DNA of 64,000 nt, taken from the human T2T-CHM13v2.0 reference genome, Homo sapiens. The stretch spans positions 25,184,001 through 25,248,000 of the forward strand of contig CP068257.2 of the NCBI GenBank assembly GCA_009914755.4, written 5' to 3'. Both the position numbers and the translations under genes were made by a program. The notes beneath the pieces are model-generated. The model saw only the letters and a program-made list of their open reading frames with translations. It was not told where the DNA came from and made no database searches. Positions 15,637 through 30,520 of the stretch are shown here, piece after piece; within the stretch, counting starts at the first letter, position 1, and the number at the start of each line of letters is the position of its first letter.

Positions 15637-15929
15637 TCATTTGTCCCAAAATAACATTTCTAGAGAAAGAAATATATTTAGGAGATTGGCTCTTTTGCAG
15701 ACCATGTCTACTTTTCACAGGGTGTAAACAAACATACACATTTCCAAATGTCCAGAGCTACTACTATCTTATTTTTTACTTTAATAAAAATGACCATGTT
15801 TGAAATAGTGACAAAATATTTTCTATAGTTTCTAAGATGCACTAGGACCTAAAATAGCAATATAACCTACAGACTCTCCTTCTTATATTGTTTTACCAGT
15901 TTACATTTCTGAATTGAGCTTAACTTCTA

Positions 15930-16079
<150 letters not shown>

Positions 16080-16403
16080 CTACAAAAAGCAAAGGTAAAT
16101 ACTTATTAATAAGGGGAGCATGACCCTTGGGATCTAACTTTTTTGGCAGGGTGTGCCTTCACATATGCTTTGGAGCATCTACATTCATTATTGTTGACAT
16201 AAGAAGACTTCATGTGACTTTAATCAAGCTTTTTTCTAATGCTTTTAAAATAGAACTGTGAAACTTGAGATATTTAAATTACAGTAGAAATGAGTAAGAT
16301 AAACCATGCTAGCCAATTAAAAAAGGTTAACTGCAAAAACACTGGTGAAATGCCTTGTATATATCTTTTTGGTACAACGTAGACTCCTAAGAGGACAGTC
16401 TCA

Positions 16404-16823
<420 letters not shown>

Positions 16824-18214
16824 TTACCTTCCTAGCATATATTAGGAAAGCCTAACCAGTCAAAGCAAACAAAGCAAAAATATACCCAGAACAACAATAA
16901 CAAAAATATTTGCATATCTTCACTCCAAGTGTTATTTTTAAAGTTCTCTCCTCTCCTTTAAATAAAAAGACCACGCGCTCCTTTGCATGGTCAGGATCTT
17001 TCTGTGTGTGAGCAGGATTTCTTCTGTTCTCTTTGAAATCCCACAGTCTGAACAAGGCAATTTCGCACATAATCCTACCCAATTGTAGTAAAATCTTGGA
17101 GCAAGAGTGGCAGGCAGAGGCCCTGAGTCACTCTTTCACAGGCGAGGGCTCAAATCCTGAATGAGATCATCAGGCTCCACGTGGAAGGCCTCGGGTAGGG
17201 CCTGGGCTGCTGCCAAGGGGCCGGGCCTTAAGGAATCTCAGACTGCACAGCTCTGCTGTCTCATTCCAGGGGTCCCTGGGGTGCTCCGCTCTTGCCAATT
17301 CCGGGCACAAGGACCACCCACTCTGCCCAGCAGCCTCTGGCCCCACTCCCACTGCCCCAGCGAAATAAGTTCCAGCTTCCAGGCATGACTGATTATTTGG
17401 AACAGAGCCTTCCACTCCGGACTGAGACCCAACCCCTGCAGAAAGTCCTAAACTGGGCTGCGACCACTTTGCTCCCAGGAGCAGAGGAGCAGGGGAAAAG
17501 GGGAGAATTCTTTAAAAAATGACACGCGAGAGAGTTAAAGAAGGAAAAAGGCACCAAAGTGATGAAACAAAAAGAACTGGAGAATAAGCACTGCACACAA
17601 GAGAGAAGGCGTAGCAGGAAGGACCGGCAGTGACTTTCAACAGTGCTTGAGAGCAGAATTATGGCCGCGAGAGGGAGTGCAAACTGGGAGGCGGGGCAAA
17701 CCCGGGAAAGACCTCCCAAGCAGGTTCTGCGAAGGGGCCCCACCGCCTTCAGCCCGCCCGGGTCAGCCTTATAAGGGGGAAAGGGGACAGAAGTCTGCAG
17801 AACAGAGATACTAGCGTAGCCGCTCAGGGTGCCTTCCTAGGTCACCATTGCTCCTCTGCCCTCTCCACATCCGCCCTCCCGTGAGCGCAGGATGCACGCA
17901 CAGGCAGCGGTTACAAAACTCAGCGCAACGTTGCAACCCGCACAAAAGGCGCACACAAAATCATTAAAAAGAAATACACAGAGTGGAAAGAACTCGCACA
18001 AGCTCCAACTCCCTAAAGGTGGAAGGAGTCAGGTTACAAACTCTCCCTCCCCGGCCTAAATGCTTTGCTTCAGTTTGCAGAAAATCGTTTGTCAGTTTTT
18101 TTCTTGGTTATTCATTATTCGGGCAAATGCAAGTATGTTTTCTAGCTGAGTTCACCAATCCAAACCTCAAACCACATTCCTCCACTCCAGGCCTCCGTTC
18201 TGTCCGCGGACTTA

Positions 18215-19495
<1,281 letters not shown>

Positions 19496-19524
19496 AGTGC
19501 AAGAACCGGGCAGCCGAGCGGTCC

Positions 19525-19533
19525 TTTTATAGT
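19525..19533 (-). promoter_or_regulatory. ADAMTS1: TATA box (TATAAAAG) of the ADAMTS1 core promoter.
   Basis: Plus-strand cttttatag; minus-strand reads ctATAAAAGgaccgctcggctgcccgg. It is flanked by GC-rich sequence about 480 nt upstream of the ATG. Confidence 0.55.
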
Positions 19534-22500
19534 GGACCAGTGAAACCCCCACCCCCACCCCACTCCTCCCCTTTGGCCCTTTTCCATCCCAAAGACGCCG
19601 CCCCCGGCTCCGTTGGTGCTAAACCGCGCTCCGCGCTGCGGGCTCGGGAGGGGGAGGGGGCAGCCTCCGCGCTGGCTCCACGCCACTGCTCGTCAATCTA
19701 GGGGCGGAAGGGGCGCTGTGACCAGCACTTTGTACTGCTGGGGCCGCTCCAGGGAGAAGACTCTCCCTTCCACCGCTTTTCTCCCTCGCCGGTTTCCTGG
19801 ACCACCCTTCCTCCCCACCGCCCGGTTGCGGTAACTCAGTTACCGCGCTGGGCTGCGGTTCCCAGGAGGGAGGGTTCGATTGGAGAACGCAGTCCCTTCT
19901 TCAACATTTCCCTATCCTGGAGCTGCCCTGGGTCTCCTTCCCTCCTCCCTCAGTTCCCTCTTCCCCAATCTAGGAGATGAGCTAGGGCTACACTTTCTAG
20001 AAAAATACCTCACCCCACTTCTCCACCTTCCCAGCCTGCCAGGAGCTCCTTAGCCGCCGCCTGCTCTCTCTTCGCCCCAGCTTTTCTAGGGAAAGCTTGG
20101 CCCTGCGCTTCCCCCAGAAAGCATGCCTGGGTGAGGGGCCAGGTGACACTTCTTACGATCTGGATTTTAAAATATGTTTGCTTATGCCTTCACCCTCCAC
20201 CAACCCCCACCCCGCACGCCACCTCTTCCCCAGAGACGACTTTGTGAGGGCCCGGTTTCACATTTCTGGAATGGGTGATCTGGGACGCGGCTCAATTCCC
20301 TAGAGCATAAGGAGGGAATTGCGCTTTTTCTTCTTCATTCGAGAAATGATCGGCTCCCGCCAGTCTGCGTGCTTTCACTCAACAGCAGCTGCAAGCCCTA
20401 GGCCAGCGTCGCAGAAACGGCCAGGAACCCCACTTTCCTACCCGGGGGCCAGCAGCGATCGCTGGGGCTAGCAAGCGTGCAGAGGGGGAAAGAAGGAAAT
20501 CGGCTTCCTTCCCGGACCCCTCCTTCCTCTTCCTACCAGGAAGGGAAAAGGCTATATCCGCGTTACGAAAGCGAGGAGAGGTCCACCAACAGGTCCTTAG
20601 GAAAAAAAACTGAGTGGCTCTTCTCTCCAAAAAGTGGGAGGGGCTCAAGGACCCAGAGGAAGGACGTGTTTCACAGGCGGAAAGCCGCGGGGACAATGGC
20701 GAGAGCGACCGCCCTAGCCCCGGGCGGACCCGCAACCCTCACACTCGCGCGCCCCCGCGTTAGTGCTCGAACTGGTCTCCGCCTTTCCGCCCCACTCCCG
20801 TCCGGTCTCTTGGTTGGCTCCAAGTAGATCTGGGTCCTTTCCTCGCTCCTCCCCAGATCTTCCCCACTTCAGTTGGCCCCAGCCAGAAGCGTCCCTTCTA
20901 GTTCTCCCACACGTCCCTCTTACAAGCTTTCTTTTCCGGATGCTTTCCAACTTCTTTTTTCCTAGCGAGATTGCTTACTTGAAAAACAAAAACAAAAACA
21001 TTGCTTTCCACTCATCAGGAAAAATCAAATGAGCAAGAATGGCAGAGAGAAGCAACTCAGCTTACTTCTGAAGGGCTTGGTAACGACCTCTAGTCCCTAC
21101 ACATTTAGGAGTGGGTGGTTTCGTAGATTTAATTTTGGTTTCCTAAAATCACCCTCATCGTTGAACGTTGAATAATCAACCAAGGCCTTAGATATATTTT
21201 GACAGCGCTCGATTAACATTCTGATAGTGTTTCTGCCTACCTCTTTTCACTGAGTCTCTCCTTTGCAGCCCTCGCTGTCTCTCCCCCCCTCCCGCCGTTG
21301 CATTTCTCCTTCAAACTCAACATTGACATCCGCACACCTGAGTGTGTGATTCCTTTCTGCATTGTCAAGCATTGTCCAGCCTACCTCCTTCTCTTCGACT
21401 TCGAACTACGAGGATTATTCCTTCCTGTTTCTCTGTTTCCCAAGCGTCTTTTCCCAAACATCTGATCATTCCTACTTCCCAGTTTGGTTTTCAGACTTTT
21501 TTTTTTTAACATTGTTATCTTCTATTACAGTAATTTTTTGACGGTCCATTTTCTATGATTTCATTTCATTTTACTGGTTCTTTCTAGCTAGAAAAAAGGC
21601 AAGATACTTGAGAGAACATATGAGGAAAGTCATGTTAGACTTTCAAGATATTGACCGCGGGATCACAAAAGCTTGAAGGCAAAGCCATCCGTACATTTTC
21701 AACCTCTTGCTTAGAAAAGGGCTCAGAAGATAATATATGGTGACAACAGTTACAGCCTCAGAGTGGCTTTGAGATGGAGATTTGAGATGGAGATTTTGGA
21801 CACTCATAATCTCCATCTCAAGGAGAGGTGGCCCAGAGGCTGAATGAAGATGAGTGAAGGTAGATGTGATTCCCTTAAATTGGGGCAAAAAGGGACAAAA
21901 ACAGCAGAAAATCTGTATCTTTAAAGACATATGTAATGTATTTCAGTCTATCAACTTCTCTACATAAACTTTAGCTTTTAAAAATATGTTAACGTAAGTT
22001 TGACCTTTAGTGTGTTTCTACCTGCAGGGTATTCTTATTGGAGGTTTGTTTAAAAGCATACATTTCTGATCTTGAATGGGTTACTACAAATCCATTATAA
22101 TTGTTTCATATTTCATGTTGCAGATACAAGTAGGGTTGAAAAAACAGTGAGTTAAAGGCAAAAGGATGGCCGGGAACATGGCTTTTTTATTCTCTGGGTT
22201 TCTATCCAGATTTCTGTTCTTTTGCATAATGACTCCAATCTGTTGTGCACCTGTAGTTCTGGGAAATGATTCTTTTTTAATCGCTTCAACAGAGACATGG
22301 ATGTTGGAGTTGCCAACTACTAAGCTGAAAAACTCCATCTATGCTCAGAAGAACATTTAATCCACTTACTTTTTCTCTTTTATTTAAAGATTAGCACTCA
22401 TCAGGCATTTGTGGTAATATGCAAATATATACATAGGACATATATGTATATTTATAAGCAAAATGTGAATTGGAAAAACATTTGAATGTAGAAACAAGAC

Positions 22501-23123
22501 CACAGGAGTAAATTTGTACAAGGCACTAGTAAAAGTGACATGTAATATGGGGTTCTTGTAGTGAGTTTCATAATCCAATTTTTGCTCCTTGATTTGAATG
22601 GGCACCCAAAATAACACATGCTATCCTAATCCCTACTCCCCATATTTTGGGTTTTATTTTTATAGAATACATATGGGCTTATATAAACATTAATCTCAAC
22701 ATGTTCTAATTTACATATGTAAGCTAATTTTTATTTCTAGAGATAACAGAACAAAACTCAAAACATTTGACATAAAATTATTGGAACAATTAACAGTTTG
22801 ACCTATTAAACACATTATTGTCCTCTATGAACAGAGGGACTGTCTGAAAAAAAGAACAAGTTGTCTGCATTTTAAAGTGAGAGATAAGCATCAAGGTGTC
22901 AATTTCTATTTACACCTTATGTGTTCTTATTTGTTTCACTGATTCATATGTTATAGACACAATATTCTATTCACAATTTTCACGACGTCTATACCAAAGT
23001 AAGTATTCAACAAGTAGCCATGAAATGAGGAAATCTGGTAATATACATGAGCTATTAGAATTGTTTTAATGTAAACATTGTCTAGAGAAACAACTAATGT
23101 GCATATTTCATAACCGGGAAATG

Positions 23124-23125
<2 letters not shown>

Positions 23126-23160
<35 letters not shown>

Positions 23161-23439
23161 AGACGGAGTCTCGCTGTCGCCCAGGCTGGAGTGCAGTGGC
23201 GCAATCTCGGCTCACTGCAGGCTCCGCCCCCTGGGGTTCACGCCATTCTCCTGCCTCAGCCTCCCGAGTAGCTGGGACTACAGGCGCCCGCCACCTCGCC
23301 CGGCTAATTTTTTGTATTTTTAGTAGAGACGGGGTTTCACCGTGTTAGCCAGGATGGTCTCGATCTCCTGACCTCGTGATCCGCCCGCCTCGGCCTCCCA
23401 AAGTGCTGGGATTACAGGCGTGAGCCACCGCGCCCGGCC
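23126..23439 (-). mobile_element. AluY-like element (minus orientation) with a poly-T of about 35 nt and a perfect 15-bp target-site duplication, cgggaaatgcttttt.
   Basis: CpG-rich Alu body that looks little mutated (...gcgcccgccacctcgcccggctaatttt...cgtgagccaccgcgcccggcc). Identical flanks ccgggaaatgcttttt at 23113-23127 and 23439-23454. Confidence 0.9.
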
Positions 23440-25544
23440 CGGGAAATGCTTTTTATTCACATTTTAGTACCATAAGATTGACTAATTAGAAATAGGGAAG
23501 CTGTTTGGTATTAGTCCTACTTTTGGGAACATATGGTCTAAAGTAATATTGGACAAATGGATATTTTAATTGATCACAAATGAGAAAGTAGTTAGAAAAC
23601 TTCTAGTTTAAACAGGTTATATACCCAGAAGTATTGCAAATATTGGAGACAGAAAAATTATTGTAGCTTGCATTTAGACTCAAAATTGATATTCCCTCCA
23701 CATCATGCCCTCACAGAACTCAGAGGAGTATGATCTGCCAGATCGACTCCCTTTGTGTAACTGATGCAGAAATGAGACTCAAAAGGGTTAAGTAGTTTTC
23801 CCAAGATGTCATAGCGAGAGTCAAACTGGGGGCTTAGAAATGACTCTGACTCATAACTTTTAATCAACTGTTTTGACATTTTAACCTATCTAATTGTGTA
23901 GGAGGTAATTATATTGTCAGACTTTGGAATGATGTTGTTTCCAGTAAAGTTTTGTTTTAATTATAAATAGGAATTTTCCAGCAATAAAAAATTTCCACCT
24001 TAAAAGATTCTCAGACTTTAGTACATCTTTCTCCAAACACAAGGTGGCGATGGTCTACAACAAATGATGTGCGACTTGGTGTTTTTTTTTTTTTTTTGTT
24101 CTTTCCTTTCCTTTTTTATTCTTAATAGTTCAAGTTAAGAATTTGCAAAAGTTTCACATCTTCTCAATCATGTTTAATAAATTCTAATTAAATATTCTCC
24201 TACCTCCTAGTATTATGGAAAATATTTTAAAAATATTACAATGTTAAATGAATTTATTCTTGAGGGCATAATAAAATGCGTTTTTAAATCAACTACTTTT
24301 TAATTATGTGTTTGTATTACCATAAACAAAAATCCAATTAAACTTTAAAGAAAGAAAACTGCCTCTGACAAAATAATACTGTGGACCGCTTTTATTCATT
24401 ACATTTGAGAACTTCTTGTCATTCAAATGAAAAGATTAAGTACATTTGCAATCCACTAAAACAGATTAAAAACTCATTCATTTATTCAATAGATATTAAG
24501 TACATACAGTATGTTTAGTATACATTAATACTTGACAATCAATACTGGTTAACTGGTTTCCCTGGTTTAGAAATTTTCCTTAGCAACAACGTAAGGCTTA
24601 AAATGAAAAAAGAAAAGTGAGAAAATGTTCTACCACCAGGTGGTGACAAAAGATAAAATTTAAAATCGCTCTTAATGAGCACATACTTCATGTAATTCTT
24701 GAATACTGCAAATATAAGTGACTTCCGAATGTCATGTGAATTTAAAATCATATTCTAGGAATATTTTATTAATTAAAGCAAATTAATATTAACATATTAT
24801 CTCTAGTTTAATAAGTGCTGGAATTGGAAGTGGACAGTTTTAGTCAGCAGGCGGCACTTGAGACCATGGAATAAGATATTTTAAACTATTTCACTACTGC
24901 TTTTTTTCCCCACCCGGCTTATAATTATTGATTGGCTGATTGAGATAGGAGCTGGTCACCTCCCTACACTTCCACTAGCAGGGATTTAATCAGAGGCTGA
25001 AAATCAATTGTCCTTTGAAAGTGATTTTTGCTAAAGATCAAGAGCAATATTTGGTTATATCTCAGCCTCTATCCTACAATATTTATCATTTTATAATGCT
25101 CTTTTGTGTAAGATACAATAAATCTTATTAATAACCAAAAACTGAATTATGAATTATTGCAATTCATTGGCCATCTACTTGGGCAATTACAACGGTTAGT
25201 AGCTCAGAAGCACTGATATTTGAGCACTGTATCTTCAGATTCCGAGGCCTGGGTTAGGATGCTTGCTGCTGGAAACACTGGCTGGAAAGCTTTCTTGTTC
25301 CATGTGGCTCTCAGGTCACCCTGAGAACTGGACACACTCGTAATTGGTTGATGGTAGGCTTGTATATTCATGAAATGTTGATTGGAAAGGCCTAGACAAT
25401 CTCTCTAAATACATAATTGGACAAGATTGTTGAAAGGATTAGAGTTGGACACTATTCTAAAGTGGCACAATGTCTAAGCATAGAGGCTGGGGGTCTTCCT
25501 GTTCCCTGCACTTAATACCCTGGGAGCTAGTGGTGGAGAGCCAC

Positions 25545-25700
25545 GTAATCCACATTTGAATTCTGGCATTCTGACTGCTGCATCCTTACTTTGTGGCTTC
25601 AGGGAAGCCATGGATCATCCCTGAGCCTCAGCCTCCTCATATGTAAAATGGAGATGACAACAATCCTGACTTGAAGGATAATGCACCATTGTATTTGCTT
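25545..25700 (+). repeat. MIR (ancient tRNA-derived SINE) fragment.
   Basis: ...gagcctcagcctcctcatatgtaaaatggagatgacaacaatcctgacttgaaggataatgc matches the MIR core (cctcagtttcctcatctgtaaaatggggataataatagtacc). Confidence 0.6.
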
Positions 25701-26744
25701 CCTCCTCTGTCTCTTCCTTCCTAGTTACCCCCTCCTGTTTCCTAAACTTACTTGCCCTTGCCTCCCCACCTCTACAGGGACTGCATGCACACAAGCCCTT
25801 TTCTCAGGTTGTGCTTTCTGGGCTAAACTGAGTTGAAAACAAAGAGCATCAGGAGATCTTCTAGATGGGACTGCTCACTGATCAGAGGGCAGTAGAACCC
25901 GTTTGCTGGTGGTGAATGGAATGGGACCGCCCCCGGCATGCAGTGTCAGTGCAATGACAAAGAGTCTCTGTGTGGGATGAGGTGGTAGTATGGGGTGAGA
26001 AGCAGGTTTATGCAGCAGCAGCGGCACTTAGACAGTATGAGGAAAATAACAATTGAAAGGAACATGTCATTGGATGGGTTTTTGATAGTTGCTTCAGAGC
26101 AGGGGCTGGCAAGCTATGACCTTCAGGCTGACCATCTGTTCTTGTAAATAAAGTTTTACTGGAACAAAGTCACAATCATTTGCTTATGTATTTTTCATGG
26201 TTGCTTTCACAATACAAAGCAGAGTTGAATAATTGCAAAAGAGAGCAATGTCCACCAGTCCAAAATATTTGTTATCTGGCCCCTTCAAAAAAGTTTACCA
26301 GTGCCTGTTTTGAAGGTTATTTTGGAAATACAGAGATTATATACAGAGATTACATCGTTTTCTAACTTAATTTGAAGACATGCCATAAAAGTCACTTTTA
26401 TCTCCTGCAATCAGAGAGCAGACGATGCTGAAAATCTAAAAATGTATAATCTTATAGTTGTTTTATATTAAAGTTAGGGTCCTAATAGAAAAACTATGGG
26501 ATTCTGATACATAAAATGCAGACATTTGGATGGATGAGCCCCAGATTCTCCTAGACCCTGCAGAGGCAGATGTCACCCCCTTGCTAGAAGAGAACACCCT
26601 TTTTTGGCCTACAGACTGTAAAGTTCTCAGCAGAGGCAGGTGCCTCAGAAGGATACTTGTCCTGCTCATCTTCTGCCCCATTTCCCCCTCATTCCTAGCC
26701 TCTTAAAGTCTAAAATTTCTTCGGGAACTTTTGTTAAGAAACAC

Positions 26745-27255
26745 TGACCATATGTATTAGTCAAGATTCTTCAGAGAGATAGAACATATGTATTTAATGA
26801 GATTATGAGGAATTGGCTCAGACGATTATAAGGCTGAGAAGTCCCAAGACCTCCTGTCACCATGCTGGAGACTCAGGAAAGTCAGTGGTTTGATTTTAGT
26901 TCAAGTCTGCAGGTCTGAGAGCCAGGGGAGTCGATGGTATAAATCCCAGTCCAAGGACAGAAGAAGACTGATGTCCCAGCTCAAGCAGGCAGGAAGACAA
27001 AGGAGGGGAAATTCTGAAATTCCTCCTTCCTCTGTCCCTTTTGTTCCATTCAGAGCTTCAGTGGATTGGATCATGCCCACCCACATTGGGGAGAGCAGTC
27101 TACTCTACTGGAGTCCACTGATTCAAATGTTAATCGCATCTGGCGACATGCTTACAGACACACCCAGAAATAGTGTTTAATCTAGGCACCCCTTGGCCTG
27201 GTTAAGTTGACACATAAAATTAACCATCACACCATCTGAATTATATTTCATAAAT
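26745..27255 (+). repeat. MaLR-type LTR-derived repeat (MLT1-family variant).
   Basis: Shares the 3' signature ...ccactgattcaaatgttaatc.catctgg..acatgcttacagacacacccagaaatagtgtttaatctaggcacccc.tggcc.ggttaagttgacacataaaattaaccatcac with 50093-50570 and 42530-42770. Confidence 0.55.
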
Positions 27256-28074
27256 ATTTTCCAAATTTATAAAATGGAAGCAATAGTGTATGTATCTAAT
27301 ATTGAAAGCAATATATGTTGTAAATATAACATATAGCATATTGGAAGACCTCTCTCTCTCTCCATAGTAAAAATTCTGGGAATCTGGAGGGGTGATAGCC
27401 AAACCAAAACCAGGCCCAACTTCACTATGAAGCTTGGTGGTGGTTGTCCATTCAGGTTTAATATCAATCTGATATTGATTCTAGTCAGGTATCTGGCTGA
27501 GATTTCCAGGATAGCAACAATGATTCCAGGAATCTTTCAATTGTCTGTCTGATCTAGAGAGATTTGGTTTGAGGAATGCTCATTGTGTGTGTAGTAGGTG
27601 GAGATCTCACACTTCAGGTCCCATGTCCTGGCTTCCAGAGCAGCGGCTGCCTGCTGTTTCCTGCCAGACTGATTCTACCCTTTATGTCGCTCCTAACTTA
27701 AGAACTCCAGTCCACTCAAGAGAGCCAGCTGGCAGGGGAAGGGAACTAATTGCCAATGACTTTATAATTGAATGTATATTTTTCTACAGTTTTGCTGTGA
27801 CAATAATAATAATGCCTGATATTTGTTGAGTGCCTACTATATACCATGCCTACTTTATATACATAAGCTAATTAATGCTCACATGTAGATTTATTGCTAT
27901 TAATATCCCTATATCATTGATGAAGTTACTGAGGCAGAAGTTTGGCTAGCTCACACAGATAATAATTGATGGAGTCAGGTAATCTGTTCTTTTAAACTTT
28001 AACACAATGTACTGTATATACACCTGTATTTAAAACATTGTAAGGGTGATGTGGTGTAGAGAAGAAAGAGGACT

Positions 28075-28190
28075 AGGTTGAGAATCAAAGTATCCAATTC
28101 CAGGTTGCAGCCATTAGCTCAATGGCCTCAGTTACCAACTCTCTGGGTCTCAGTTTCTAAATCTAGAATGGATTGAACAGCTCCAACTTG
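28075..28190 (+). repeat. MIR-like fragment.
   Basis: ...cagccattagctcaatggcctcagttaccaactctctgggtctcagtttctaaatctagaatggattgaacag. Compare the MIR sequence ctctctgtgcctcagtttcctcatctgtaaaatgg. Confidence 0.4.
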
Positions 28191-28856
28191 AATATTCCAT
28201 AAGTCTCAGTGTCAATTCGGTACTTTGAGTGATGATAGATGTACAGATTGATGTACCTTTGTTTTAATGGCATATCTTTGTTTCATAAGTGATTTATTAT
28301 ATCATCAACCATGGTGAGGAAATTATTCCTCAATTAAACTTTGCCTCAATTAGAACATTGTTCATATTGGAATATAAGACACACTTGTTTCTATTTCCAG
28401 AAACCCACTGTAGATAATGGCATTATTGTCACCAGTGTCTGGAAACAATGAATTAAAATTCTAAATAAGGCTATTCTGTTTTAGGTAATTTTGCCCATAA
28501 ATAAACTGAGAAATATGATGGTATACAACAGGGTTTAGTGAGGATTTAGTGACACATTTTGCAGATTCTGTAACTTTAAAAATCATACACAGTCATGTGC
28601 CACAAAACAATGTTTCAGTAAGTGTTGGACTGCATATATGACAGTGGTCTTATAAAAATATAGCACTGCCTTTTTACTGTACCTTTTCTATGTTTAGATA
28701 TACAAATACCATTGTGTACATTTGTGTACAGCATTCGGTACAGTAACACATTGTACAGGTTTGTAGCCTAGAAGCAATAGGGTATATCATACAGCCAAAG
28801 TATGGAGTAGGCTTTACCATCTAGATTTGTGTAAATACACTCTATGGTGTTCATAC

Positions 28857-29605
28857 TGAGAGACAGGACTAGCTGGATTTCCTAGGCCGACTAAGAATCC
28901 CTAAGCCTAGCTGGGAAGGTGACCGCTTCCACCTTTAAACACGGGGCTTGCAACTTAGCTCACACCCGACCAATCAGATAGTAAAGAGAGCACACTAAAA
29001 TGCTAATTAGGCAAAAACAGGAGGTAAAGAAATAGCCAATCATCTATTGCCTGAGAGCAAAGCGGGAGGGACAATGATCGGGATAGAAACCCAGGCATTC
29101 AAGCCGGAATGGCTACCCTCTTTGGGTCCCCTCCCTTTGTATGGGAGCTCTGTTTTCACTCTATTCAATCTTGCAACTGCACTCTTCTGGTCCGTGTTTG
29201 TTACAGCTTGAGCTGAGCTTTCGCTCGCCTTCCACCACTGCTGTTTGCCACCATCGCAGACCTGCCGTGCTGACTTCCATCCCTCTAGATCTGGCAGGGT
29301 GTCCGCTGTGCTCTTGATCCAGCGAGGCGCCCATTGCCGCTCCCGATTGGGCTAAAGGCTTGCAATTGTTCCTGCACGCTAAGTGCCTGGGTTCATCCTC
29401 ATCAAGCTGGGTTCCACGGTTCTCTTCATGACCCGCAGCTTCTAACAGAGCTATAAAACTCTGTGCATGGCCCAAGATTCCATTCCTTGGAATCTGTGAG
29501 GCCAAGAACCCCAGGTCAGAGAACAGGAGGCTTGCCACCATCTTGGAAGTGGCTCGCCACCATCTTAGGAGCTCTGTGAGCGGAGACCCCCACCCCCCGG
29601 TAACA
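28857..29605 (+). repeat. 5' LTR of the HERV-W-like provirus (LTR17-like, about 749 bp).
   Basis: Begins TGAGAGACAGG and ends GGTAACA. Contains a TATA-like gggatagaaaccc/tataaa region and AATAAA-like signals. About 93% similar to the 3' LTR by eye. Confidence 0.85.
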
Positions 29606-29608
29606 TTT

Positions 29609-29626
29609 TGGCGACCACGAAGGGAC
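29609..29626 (+). other. Retroviral primer-binding site TGGCGACCACGAAGGGAC, complementary to the 3' end of tRNA-Arg(CCG).
   Basis: Lies 3 nt after the LTR terminal CA. Its reverse complement GTCCCTTCGTGGTCGCCA equals the 3' terminus (with CCA) of human tRNA-Arg-CCG as I recall it (...GAGTCCCTTCGTGGTCG-CCA). Confidence 0.6.
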
Positions 29627-30298
29627 CTCCAAAGCGGTGAGTAATATTGGATTACTTTCGCTTGCTATTCTGTCCTATCCTTCTTTAGAATTGGAGGAAA
29701 ATACTGGGCACCTGTCGGCCAGTTAAAAACAATTAGCGTGGCTGCCCGACTTAAGACTCAGGTGTGAGGCTATCTGGGGAAGGGCTTTCTAACAACCCCC
29801 AACCCTTCTGGGTTGGGGACGTTGGTCTGCCCCTTCCACTTTCAATTTTCTTGGGGAAGCCAAGGGTCGACTAGAGGCAGAAAGCTGTCGTCCGGAACTC
29901 CTGGCAGTAGCCGGTTGAGATCATGGCGCAGCCAGAAGTCTCTACTCAACAGTCGCCCATGCGTGCGCTCCTACCTTTCCTCCTGACCCATACCTCCTGG
30001 GTCCCAACGATGACTTTCTTGAAAGTGTAGCCCCAAAATTCTGCTTACCTCTGAATCTACTTCCCCTGATCCCTGGCTCCTAGGTACTAATGGTTCAGTT
30101 TCATTTCCTCTAGCAAGTTGTATCTCCAAAGGGATCTAAGGAAGCTCTACGCTGCGTCCTTAGGCATCTAGGCTATAAACCCAGGAAGTCTTGTCCCTGG
30201 TGTCCCTCCCGATTTAGGCATACAGCTCTCGACATGGGCAGTTATGTGGGACCCGTTCCCCATCACCCTTGTCAAGGCCCCAAGTTTGTAATGGCTAA

Positions 30299-30520
30299 GA
30301 GGAGAGAGAGAGAAAGAGAGAGAGACGGAGGGGAGAGAGAGAGAGAGAGATGGAGGGGAGAGAGAGAGAGAGAGACGGAGGGGAGAGAGAGAGAGAGAGA
30401 GAGACGGAGGGGAGAGAGAGAGAGACGGAGGGGAGAGAGAGAGAGATGGAGGAGAGAAAGACAAAGAGGGAGTCAAAGAGAAAAAGAAAGAGAAAGACAG
30501 AAATGGTAAAACAAACAAAA
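30299..30520. repeat. Complex GA-rich minisatellite: (GA)n interrupted by a recurring ACGGAGGGGA/ATGGAGGGGA motif.
   Basis: aggagagagagagaaagagagagagacggaggggagagagagagagagagatggaggggagag... repeated about 6 times. It creates the spurious R/E-rich ORFs 30234..30509 (+) and 30168..30518 (-). Confidence 0.9.

Noticed and set aside
23097-23348. [17 protein letters not shown]...SRDGVSPC. Similar ORFs lie at 1062..1256, 15291..15636, 37670..37933, 39028..39367, 53970..54212 and 57199..57411.
   Set aside because: All lie entirely within Alu elements (the typical Alu-encoded SPRLECSG.../RDGVSPC pseudo-peptides).
28857-29605. Classification of the LTRs as ERV9/LTR12 on the basis of the arginine PBS.
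   Set aside because: The LTRs are about 740 bp without the tandem U3 subrepeats typical of LTR12. The env tail matches syncytin-type (HERV-W) sequence, so I keep a HERV-W-like call and flag the PBS as a separate observation.
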